From NCBI GenBank assembly GCA_951406725.2, contig OX597826.1, positions 59,644,001 to 59,708,000 on the forward strand: DNA of 64,000 nt, written 5' to 3'. A program made the translations under genes and the position numbers. This document shows, piece after piece, positions 28,294-39,833 of this stretch (positions are counted from its first letter, which is position 1; every line of letters starts with the position of its first letter). Source of the stretch: Octopus vulgaris. Taxonomy: Eukaryota. The notes beneath the pieces are model-generated. The model ran no database searches. It had not been told where the DNA came from and saw nothing but the letters and a program-made list of their open reading frames with translations.

Positions 28294-29037
28294 AATTACT
28301 TTGATGTTTGTAATGTCTTAACCGGAGGTTGCGATAGTGATAAGTAGTCGTTTGCAAAAGTCATGGTAACGGTTGTGGTTTGTGCGGTGGTAATGGCTGC
28401 GATGATGTTAATGGTTGCGATCGAGCTTGTTTGATGCCGGTTCTGCTTGTATATTTTTGGTTATAGTGGTTACATGATGGTTGTAATAATTCAGAGGGTG
28501 GTTGCAGAATTATTTATAGTTGTGGTTGTTTGGATATATCTGGTGGTAGAAATGGTCTTGGTGGGAGTAGTTGCAGTGGTGAGTGTTGTTGATAGTTGCA
28601 GTGATGGTAGTGATGGGTGTTGCATTTTTGGCAGTGCTCCGTTGTAAAGCATAGCGCTTGCGGCAGCCGTACGCTCGTTCGTGTTAGTGGCAATGGTGGA
28701 AGCGAAGCGATAGTAGAATGTTCGATGGAGAAAATTATGAGGGTCTTTGTTAGCTGTTGTTGATTGTTATGTTGGCGTTACTCTTTTACTCTTTTACTTG
28801 TTTCAGTCATTTGATTGTGGTCATGCTGGAGCACCGCATTTAGTCGAGCAAATCGAACCCAGGACTTATTCTTTGTAAGCCTGGTACTTATTATATCGTC
28901 CTCTTTTGCCGAGCCGCTAAGCTACGGGTTCGTAAATACACCAGCATTGGGCGTCAAGCGATGATGGGGGGACAAACACAGACACACAAACATATACACA
29001 CGCATACAGATATATATATATATATATATATATAGAT

Positions 29038-29353
29038 AAAGGGAAATTTTACGAAAATAAACAAAGACGAAAGCAGGTGGAGTACAAACAAATGTATTAG
29101 TATAGCGCTCAGGAATAGAAATAGAAAAAGTCTGTTACGTTTTGAGCCTACGCTCTTTGACAGGAAGATACACAGAAAAAAAACAAGGAGAGAAAAAATG
29201 CGTGTAGGAGCTTTCGATCTATCATGGATATATATGAAGAGCGTAGGCTCGAAACGTTAAAGACTTGTTTTATTTATATTTCCTGAGCGCCATACTAATA
29301 CAATTGTTCGTTTGTTTTCCACCTGCCTTCGTCTTTTGTTTATTTTCATAAAG

Positions 29354-29357
<4 letters not shown>
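29038..29357. mobile_element. Inverted pair of subfamily-1 hammerhead-motif elements (29038-29227 minus, 29234-29357 plus)
   Basis: acgttttgagcctacgctctttgacagg (minus copy) and gaagagcgtaggctcgaaacgttaaagac (plus copy), both inside the SINE (TA)n tract. Confidence 0.75.
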
Positions 29358-29423
<66 letters not shown>

Positions 29424-29465
29424 TATGACGGGCTTCTTACAGTTTCCGTTTACCAAATCCACTCA

Positions 29466-30420
29466 CTCATCTGGGGTGTCATACAGCAACCACACCGTTG
29501 CATATTTGACACCCCTGGAGATATATTTAATGGTTGGCAGATGTTCCGCCAACTCTTGCTCAATCATCTGCTTGGAGAAGACAGCAGTGGTGTCGAGAAC
29601 CTTCGAATACGTTCTCAACACCACCGTCCTCTCCTCTTGCTGTCTGAGCCACTACTGAGGTGGGACAATATCCCACTCTCTGTAATCTTATCCGTATTTT
29701 TTGCCATGTCTTAAATTAAAAAGTAAAATGTCCAAAACAATAGTTCACAAATTTCAAAAAGAAAAGATATTAAAAGGAAACAAAAGGTAAGAAGAGAAAA
29801 AGCAAACAGTTCAATAAGAGAGTCACAATAGAAGAAGAAAAGCAACAGTTCAGCAAAACACAGCAAAAAATATCTTCTGGGCATTCAGATACTCCAAACC
29901 CTATGGTACTCCGATTAGAACCTGGTCTGCTCCACCTGAAATACAGCTTTCCAATTATTGGTAAACGTGGTTGTAAAATTACACACTATTCATAAACAGC
30001 GAACAACTTTTGGTGGCAAACTATACTTCTCACGATGAGAAGAAAGTTTTTCACTTAATGTGAACACTTGAAATACAGCTTTCCACTTAATGGTAAATGT
30101 TGTTGTAAAAACATACACTATTAAAAAAGTGAACAACTTTTGATTGAAGGATACGCCCCAAAACTATACTTCTCACAATGAGAAAAAATTTTTCACTTAG
30201 TGTGAACAATATTGCTGAACTGCAAGCAGACCAACATCCTGAATCCAGTGAGGGCTCTTTGTTTGTAAAAAATATAACCACAGATAACAACCCACACTGG
30301 ACCCAAAAGACAAAGTTTTACCTTGCAACAGCTTCATTTTGGCAGGCTAAACACTGCCGGCTATCTTTTTCAGTGCACTACACAATGATGCATGCGTACA
30401 CTGACCACAAAAACTCATGT
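29466..30420 (-). mobile_element. Probable 5' portion (UTR with ~130-bp duplication plus ORF1 start) of an L1/Tx1-type LINE
   Basis: ATG at ~29708 gives MAKNTDKITESG, then after a frameshift QQEERTVVLRTYSKVLDTTAVFSKQMIEQELAEHLPTIKYISRGVKYATVWLLYDTPDE, which looks like ORF1. The unit gaaatacagctttcca...tgtgaaca is duplicated at ~29938 and ~30070. Confidence 0.45.
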
Positions 30421-32147
30421 GTAAGCAGTTACTAACCACACAGCCACTCCCGACAAGAAATCTTAAATTAAAACTGGAAAATGATATACATACATACATA
30501 CATGTCGATACATACGTGCATACATACTTACATACATACATACTTACATACATGCCGATACATAATACATACATACATACATACATACATACATACATAC
30601 ATACATACATACATACGTGCCGATACATACATACGCAGAAATGTATTTTGTTTCAGTTTCTAAATGTAGAAAGAGGGAGAGAGGAACAGAGAAAGAGAAA
30701 GAGAGAAAGAGAAAGTGTATGTGTGTGAATTTATTTGCATATGCTACAATTTCACATACACACACATTTTAAGGAATATATTCTCGTTCCCGAATCCATG
30801 CAAAAGCTATTTAGTAGCATAAATTCAATATAAAAACATTAATGTTACATATATGATTATTATAAGCAATTGAACCAGTGTACGCTGCAAATAGTAGCAC
30901 TTATAAAATAAAATATGAAATTTCCTAAAATAAAGTATGATTTTACACTTAATATTATAATTTTTTTATTTTTACAAATTTTTGAAAAGTCAAATTTTAT
31001 ATCGACTTGGGTATATCGTAACTTCCGTTATGGAAAATAACTGTTATTGTTAATGAGAATGTTATAACTCTAATAGAGATATATATATACACTAGTTGAT
31101 ATATCTAATCCTTTGTATTAGATATATAAGCTGTTGGAAAATGAAGTCAGCGGAATAGGGGCCAATATCAAGGGAACAGCTATAGACAAACATTGGCAAT
31201 GGATTATTTAGGATAACGGAATTCGTGCATACTCACCTACGCGCGCGCACATATATATATACGTAAGCATTTACGTGTCTATGTATATATATATATGTAT
31301 ATATGCATACACAAATACACATATGCATATGCTCAAATTCTTTTACAAAAATCACACGCGCACACACACGCAGAAGCACACACAAACACACAAATACACA
31401 CACGCACATCCATATATGTATATATCGTACGTTGCGTTTTGTTCCATAGTTTGTTCGTCCATCTGTTTTTTGGTGATGTATAATATACATTAAGTATATT
31501 TTAATTCACGTTCTTAATCACATTCACATATACGTTATATAATCTGTATTTTTACTTTTTTTCTACTTATTATGTTGATGACTGTGTTTCATTCAAGGAA
31601 TGTCTCTCGAAATATATGTATTATATGGTTATTTCTTTCAAATAAGTTTTTAATTCTTCCTCTGGTTCTGATATGAATTTCTATAAATTATATATTTTAA
31701 CCTTAATCAATCCAAATTTGAATATTAATTAATGTAAAAATTCTGGAAAAATATTTTGAAAGAAGCTGAAATTCATCTTAAAAATATACTCAAATATACT
31801 CAAATTTTTCAAATTTTAAAGATAAATTTATAGAATTTTAAAAAAGATACGTATCACTTAAATAATCTGATAAAATATAACAATCAAATAACACTCTTTA
31901 GTATTTTCCTAATAATAACGTAATTTAAATATTTCGATGCTTTGTTTCATAATTTTAAAAACTGTTACTCGTGAATAATTCTTGCCATTGTAGATATATT
32001 TCACTTCCCATATATTCACAAAATATTATCAACCAACTTTCTCGCCGTATTCGACGCTATGCCATATTTTCTCCCATTACACATTATATCGAACTGAACG
32101 CTGTAATTGTCAAAGCCCTTGGTTCTTTATTAATATTTTGTACTGAT

Positions 32148-32440
32148 TAAGGCGGCGGGATGGCTGTCACTTGGGAGGAATTCCTCTTATTTGCATAACT
32201 TCTGAAGTATAACAGCGATCTTGTAGACTCTTGAGCACTCTTGACAAAATGCTCCGTGGCATTTTGTCCGTCTTTACATTCTGATTTCTGATGGCATTTT
32301 TTGTTGTTTATTTTTTTGCCTTGTATCATTTCGGGAAAGATAAAATAGAAACAAGGAGAGAATTTGGGTCGATGTAATCGACTTACCCTCTCTCTCGCAA
32401 AAATAATGACTTTGTACCAAAATTTAAGACTTCTAAACAT
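32148..32440 (+). mobile_element. SINE family B, diverged copy
   Basis: aaggcggcgggatggc head; gggtcgatgtaatcgactt and ttgtaccaaaattt tail. Confidence 0.6.
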
Positions 32441-32730
32441 GATAGAAAGTCATTTTTACCACAGAGGGAAATGCTGCATTGAGGAAACTTCGAAAACACG
32501 GAACACTTAAACGTTAAAAAATTTAATTATTAATTAGTGTCTCTAATGAGTTCTTTATCCGATTAATGGATTTGCTTTTATATAAAGATAAAACAACTGA
32601 AATTAATATGCATATGTGTATACATTCATACGAGAATGTACATATGTATGTATGCATGTATGTATGTATGTATGTATGTATGTATGTATGTATGTATGTA
32701 TGTATGCAGGCATGTATTCATACATGCATA

Positions 32731-32775
<45 letters not shown>

Positions 32776-33587
32776 ACAAACTCATGGTTTTCTACATGAG
32801 TGTGTGTGCGTGTGTGTGTGTGTGCGTGTGCATACAGCATGTAAATCGGCTGCCAGCCAGTTAAGACATATGAACTAGCATTAATATACTTATATCTTGC
32901 AAGACATAACATAACTTCTGCTTCTTGCAACGACACGGACAGGGGACTATGATTTCGATAATCACCGACTCATAGATCAGTGAATTTATTCAAAATTACA
33001 ACGCTTCCCTTGTTCACATCGCTGAATACGTATACCTTCAGCATGACAGCGCCGTAACTATCATATACTTTCTTTGATGGATGTACGGGTTTAATTTACC
33101 TTTTGTCTAGCGAATAAATTCTAATACCGATTTTGCTGCCGTATGATTCAAATATATGACTACTAACGTAATTTACGTCTGGTGAATGACAAACAAGACA
33201 GTGATTAGTAGCTGGACCTAATAGAAGCAGCTGTTAAAATTCACTGAAATTACACCACTTTATTTAATGTATTGCACAAGCTGACATAAATTGATCGTAG
33301 TTACGGCAAAACCTCGGGTTAAGCCAAGTATTATGTGTGGATCTGGTAGACGGGAACAGAAAGAAACCGGTCATTTTTTGAAATGTAGAGGTGATTTTTA
33401 AAAAAATATTATGAAATCGGTTATGAGGATATGATTAACCTACTTTGGGAAGAAGTGTGTGAGCACTTTCGTTAAACCTTTACAAGTTATCTTTGTGGTA
33501 ATGGTAGAGTTAGTTCCCGTTTATTTTCGGACTTAGGGTTTTAGTAGTAAATATTCTTTTAGCGTTGTTTATTACATGGAGTGTTTG

Positions 33588-33880
33588 CTATTTTCGGTTA
33601 AATTGCGGATTTAGAATTCCTATAAAGTATTTTTCTTTTGCCTTTCGTAGTAGTACAATTTCGTTGTTTATTTTGTAAATTGGTAATATTTTAAATTTTC
33701 CATTTGCACAGATATCTAGATGTTCAATGCATGGGACATTCCTGAGAGATAAATCCCTAATTTGTTGTTTATGCACATTTACTCCGCTGGTCAGTTTCCT
33801 TCCTGTCCCCCCAATATAGTTCTCATTACATTGTGGGCATGTGAAGCAGAAGATGAGGTTTTTTGATTTTCAATTCATGT
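33588..33880 (-). mobile_element. Penelope-like GIY-YIG endonuclease 3' fragment
   Basis: KSKNLIFCFTCPQCNENYIGGTGRKL...HKQQIRD...EHLDICANGKFKILPIY...RKAKEKYFIGILNPQFN. Confidence 0.9.
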
Positions 33881-34272
33881 TGGTGTATCTAGGCAAAGGA
33901 ACGAGAGAATATTGTATTTATATGTGGAAATTTAAAAAAAATAATACTATCATAAGTTACAACAAGACTAAATTTCATAACCATATATATAAAGATATCA
34001 TATTTTGGCGAGACAGCAAATTGAGTTATATTTCATAAAAATCAATTTCGCATAACTATTTAATAATTTGCAGACGGGGTAAAAAAGAAGAAAAAAAGAA
34101 AGAATAGAAATGAAACTGGTGTATCTAGGCGAAGGAACGAGAAAATATTGTATCTATATGTGGAAAATTTTTTACAATAATACTATCGTAGAATTTCGGT
34201 GTCTTCGAGGCAGTGTAGAAAGTAAACAATTTTTGAGAGACAAACCACTTCATGATTACACACACCCCGCAC

Positions 34273-34303
<31 letters not shown>

Positions 34304-34424
34304 TATGATATATATATATATATATATATGTAAGTATATGAGATATATATATATGTAAGTATATGAAATATATATACATATATATATATACAGAGAGCGA
34401 GAGAGAGAGAGAGAGAGAGAAAGA

Positions 34425-34672
<248 letters not shown>

Positions 34673-35793
34673 TGTACATATATATGATGCATGTTTATTG
34701 GGTTGGGACTTTCAACATCCGCCTTACTCAAAGCGATTAGTTGAATAAACAGTTTTGCGAATTCATGTGTGGCATTTATTACATTGCTCTGCTTACTTAT
34801 ACATACATGAATACGTACATACATATATACATACATGCATACATACATTCATGTATACATATATGTGTGTGTGTATGTATGTACACTTATGTATATATTT
34901 ACATATATATGTCTCTCTTATTCTCTGTATACATATATGTGTTTGGGTGTGTGTGTGTATATATATATGTATATATATATACGATGTCGCAGTACATAAA
35001 GACATATAAACAGAATTATGTAATAACTATTACATATAATTAGTTCAAAGGGAACTCCTTTCAAGGGAGGGTTAAATACTTCCTAATTCTAAGGTGGATT
35101 GAAATAAATCTAAATTGGCTACAACGTTTAGTTATTCCAGATAAAAATGCCCTAAAGAGAAACACTATACTGCTACAAAATTTGCGAAGAAATATAATGA
35201 CAAATTTTTAAATATAATACTTTTTGTGTGTGAGAAAATGAAGTAACACGTTATATAACGTATTTCCTGATATGTACACAACTGCGAAGGAGCGATGTTG
35301 AGTATTCCCATCTGAAAATTTAATAAAGCGTAGAGCTGACATGACACCAAACATATAACAGTACTGATATTAATAACCAAATTTCATAGGAGAAAAAGAG
35401 TGAATAGTAGGGGCATAGTTCTTTGGTCGACACGGTAGAAACAGAAATCACAGCTTATTAATTACTATCATAGAAACGAAGATCTCAATGTTAACTATAA
35501 TCCTCTGTAGAAAATATCTGAAGAAATTGTTGTCTAATTGCGGCTTCTCTGTATTCGACCATATTTCTTCAATTAGGTATCATGTCTAGTCGTACTTTAC
35601 AAGATAATTTCGGAGAATATTTTAACTAATAGGCCTAGGAGTGGCTGTGTGGTAAGCAACTTGCTTACCAACCACATGGTTCCGGTTTTAGTACCACTGC
35701 GTGGTACCTTAGGCAAGTGTCTTCTACTTTAGCCTCGGGCCGACCAAAGCCTTGTGAGTGGATTTGGTAGACGGAAACTGAAAGAAACACGTC

Positions 35794-35835
<42 letters not shown>

Positions 35836-35837
<2 letters not shown>

Positions 35838-36548
35838 TTCCCCTCCCCTTCTCCCCCCTCTTCTCCCCTCCCCTCTTCTCCTCACTACACCACACGACTT
35901 TACACATCACATCATATATGATGTGCCATACTAATACATACACCAACTAATACATACTAATACATACTAATACATACACCAACCCTATACATACACACGT
36001 CCAGACCCCTCATACGCACTTATACTCTCTCATACACACACACACACACTTATACATACTAATAGTACTAATACATACTAATACATACTAATACATACAC
36101 CAACCCCATACATACGCCTGTCCAGACCTATCCTACGCACTAATACTCTCTCATACACACACACACCCTTATACATACTAATACATACTAATACATACAC
36201 CAACCCTATACATACACACGTCCAGACCCCTCCTACGCACTAATAGGTTGTCATTCAACCCTATTATCAACCCTATTATCTCCCCTTATTTCGCTCTCGC
36301 GTCTCATGTTTGATCTTTGACCTCTGGCCGAAATCAGATCGCCATGTTGATTCGTTAGTTACTCTCGTTAGTTTTCTCTCCTTCTTTCTGTGTTTTTTTT
36401 TCTCTCTGTGTATCTTTCTGTTGAAGAGCGTAGGCTCGAAACGTTAAAGACTTGTTTTATTTATATTTCCTGAGCGCCATACTAATACAATTGTTTGTTT
36501 GTTTTCCACCTGCCTTCGTCTTTTGTCTATTTTCATAAAGCTTCCCGT
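35836..36548 (+). mobile_element. Longest subfamily-1 element: ~120-bp tandem repeats followed by the hammerhead-motif terminal region
   Basis: About three units containing tactaatacatacaccaaccc...gtccagacc (35930-36245). The 3' part is nearly identical to 29234-29357. Confidence 0.7.
36413..36450 (+). ncRNA. Minimal type-I hammerhead-ribozyme-like motif with variant core
   Basis: tcttt-CTGTTGA-a-GAGC-gtag-GCTC-GAAACGTT-aaaga: 5-bp stem I, 4-bp stem II and a palindromic ACGT stem III. Confidence 0.6.
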
Positions 36549-36550
36549 TA

Positions 36551-36586
<36 letters not shown>

Positions 36587-37104
36587 TGTATGTATGTATG
36601 TATGTATGTATGTGTGTATATATGTTTGTGTGTATGTGTTTGTCCCCCTAACATCGCTTGATAAACACACCGATGCTGGTGTGTTTATGTCCCCGTAACT
36701 TAGCGGTTCGGCAAAAAAAAAAAAACGATAGAATAAGTACTAGGCTTACAAAGAATAAGTCCAGGGGTAGATTTGCTGGACTAAAGGCGTTGCTCCAGCA
36801 TGGTCGCAATCAAATGAGTGAAACAAGTAAAAGAGTCATATTTATAAAAGATGTTTCCGACGCTGTTGCAATTCTTGGAACAATAAATTATACCGAAAAT
36901 CTGTTAAGTATATTTAAGTTCCAATTTATGTTGACATTTTATAAAAACAAGCGTCCACGTGAGCTTTAAAGCGGACACTTACCAGTTAACAATTAGTAGC
37001 TATATTTTCCATTTAATAATGGTCATCATTTAAAGAATTTGGTAAAAATTGATAATCGGAATATATGTGTGCGCGCGTATATACATTTAGTAAAGTAGTA
37101 AAGT

Positions 37105-37380
37105 TATTTCCCGAGCCATATAAACTCTTGTGTCGGTTTCCCGGTTTCCCTGGCATGTGCAGGTCCGTTGCAGGACGTAGGTTTCTCTGGCATGTGCAGG
37201 TCCGTTGCAGGACGTAGGTCCGTCGCAGCAATACTCATTTATACCAGCTGAATGGATAGGAACAATGTGAAATGAACTGTTTTGTTCAACAACATAACGC
37301 GTGTCCCAGTCCAGGAATCGAAAACCACGATCTTACGACCATGTGATCAACATCCTTACCACTAAACTACACGCCTTCAC
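37105..37380 (-). mobile_element. SINE family D (tRNA-derived head), diverged, with a short internal duplication
   Basis: Homologous to 59112-59354; ggcatgtgcaggtccgttgcaggacgtagg occurs twice. Confidence 0.75.
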
Positions 37381-37640
37381 ATACAGGTATACATATATAC
37401 ATAAATATCACAAACGAAAATCGATTGTAGATCCAAGCAGATACCTAAAATTCACTCAGTTAAAATCCATTTTGGCTGACCACATCGAATGTCAGGAAAC
37501 ATTTAGAATCATTTACAATAAATAGTTATAGGTGTACTTTTCCGAGTGGTAAATCCTGAATTCTCTTCGGAGGGTTTTATGTTGAATTCCACAATATAAT
37601 ATGAAGGCATAATAGAGAATGAAGAATTATATATATATAC

Positions 37641-38063
37641 AGGCGCAGGAGTGGCTGTGTGGTAAGTAGCTTGCTTACCAGCCACATGGTTCCGGGTTCA
37701 GTCCCACTGCGTGGCACCTTGGGCAAAAGTCTTCTACTATAGCCTCGTTCCGACCAAAGCCTTGTGAGTGGATTTGGTAGACGGAAACTGAAAGAATCCC
37801 GTCGTATATATGTATTTATATGTATGTGCATGTATGTTTGTGTGTCTGTCTTTGTCCCCCTAGCATTGCTTGACAACCGATGCTGGTGTGTTTATGTCCC
37901 TGACACTTAGCGGTTCGGCAAAAGAGACCGATAGAATAAGTACTGGGCTTACAAAGAATAAGTCTCAGGGTCGAGTTGCTCGACTAAAGGCGGTGCTCCA
38001 GCATGGCCGCAGTCAAATGACTGAAACAAGTAAAAGAGTAAAAAAAAAGAAGAGTAAAAGAGT
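37641..38063 (+). mobile_element. SINE family A (CORE-type), full length
   Basis: aggcgcaggagtggctgtgtggtaag head, CORE-like segment and gtaaaagagt tail. Confidence 0.93.
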
Positions 38064-38070
38064 ATATATA

Positions 38071-38196
38071 GACGCTAAAGCCCTTACAGCTACCTTAAGA
38101 TCTCTGAGAATAACACACTATATTGTAGGCTAGCAAAAGAAAAATATAGTGTGTTATTCTCGAAGATTTTAAGGTAGTAATAGGGGCTGAGCGTTT
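38071..38196. repeat. Imperfect inverted repeat, ~54-bp arms and ~18-nt loop (MITE-like hairpin)
   Basis: gagaataacacactatatt (38106-38124) is the exact reverse complement of aatatagtgtgttattctc (38143-38161). Pairing extends outward with mismatches. Confidence 0.85.
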
Positions 38197-38246
38197 ATTT
38201 CTTGCAGTGCGTGGTGAGGCGTAAAGCCGATCTCTCGTTATAATTA

Positions 38247-38659
38247 TACTCTTTTACTCTTTTTACTCTTTTACTTGTTTCAGTCATTTGACTGCGGCCA
38301 TGCTGGAGCACCGCCTTTAATCGAGTAACTCGACGCCGGGACTTATTCTTTTGTAAGCCCAGTACTTATTCTATCGGTGTCTTTTGCCGAACCGCTAAGT
38401 TACGGGGACGTAAACACACCAGCATTGGTTGTCAAGCGATGTTGGGGTGACAAACACACAGACACACAAACATACACACACACATATATATATACATATA
38501 TACGACGGGCTTCTTTCAGTTTCCGTCTACCAAATCCATTCACAAGGCTTTGGTCGGCCTGAGGCTATAGTAGAAGACACTTGCCCAAGGTGCCACGCAG
38601 TGGGACTGAACCCGGAACCATGTGGTTGGTAAACAAGCTACTTACCACTCCTGCGCCTA
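38247..38659 (-). mobile_element. SINE family A, full length
   Basis: Reverse-complement homolog of 37641-38063. Confidence 0.93.
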
Positions 38660-38750
38660 TGTATATAATTATAAAATGTTTTGTAAATTTACCTATAAGG
38701 ATTTTATTTCCGCACTGACTACCTGGTAAAATTATTATTGATTTTACCCT

Positions 38751-38803
<53 letters not shown>

Positions 38804-39639
38804 ATATATGTGTATGTGTGTGTGCGTGTGTGTGTTTGTATGTGTCTGTGTCTGTGAGTGTGTGTATGCAGACATGAACATAAACCTTGTATCGATTCAT
38901 TTCTACATTTACTTGATGAGAGATTTTTAGCTGGAAATAGCGAAAAAGACATATAATGCTTACGATGTTACCAAATCTCCAAACTATAATTAAGGAGAAG
39001 AATGTCTGCAAAGAAAAAAAAACAAAAAAAAACACACACAACCAAAAAACGAAAGAAAATTAAAATAGGAAGAAAAAATATCACTGTTTAAATGCTTATT
39101 TCTGGTACTTTTCTTTCCCTGCAAATCGAGCCGTAATATAATGGGCAGAGAAAAGGGAATTTTCCTCTCCTAACATGTTGCAATTCTCGACAGAATGACC
39201 CACACGACGTTATATTTAAAATCCTAAGACAAACAACACTGTCTTTAATCCTACACGGACCGCCAACACTACTACCATCACCACCAACTCTGCCCTCCAC
39301 CACAAACACCATCATCGCCACCACCACCACCACCACCAAAACAACAATATCCACCAACTGGACCAACTGCAAAGCCACCAGTTCGCCACCGCCAACCCAA
39401 TAAGGGAAGCAGTTAACGAAAACATAATACAAACGTAAATCATGGTAACTAAAATTTAAGAAATCAAAACAAAAATTGATTGCTTTTTCGGCATGCGGTG
39501 TCAAATACACACACACACACGAATACACACACACACACACACATGCTCACACACACACATACACACACACACACTCATACGCATACACACACTTAATCGC
39601 ACACACACACACGCAAGCTCACATTTATTCATGTGTATG

Positions 39640-39692
<53 letters not shown>

Positions 39693-39793
39693 GGGTGCGT
39701 GTTTGTGTGAGCGAGTGTCCGCGCGAGTGTGTGCGTGCGAGTGTATATGTATATATATGTGTATATACATACACACACACACACACATATATA

Positions 39794-39833
<40 letters not shown>

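Larger units (their letters stand above)
28779..30450 (-). mobile_element. SINE family A broken by nested insertions (3' half 28779-29010, middle 29425-29466, head 30421-30450)
   Basis: The pieces are collinear with the 38247-38659 copy. Confidence 0.8.
35631..36836 (+). mobile_element. SINE family A with a ~710-bp insertion in its (TA)n tract
   Basis: 5' half at 35631-35795 and 3' half at ~36620-36836, collinear with the intact copies. Confidence 0.88.
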
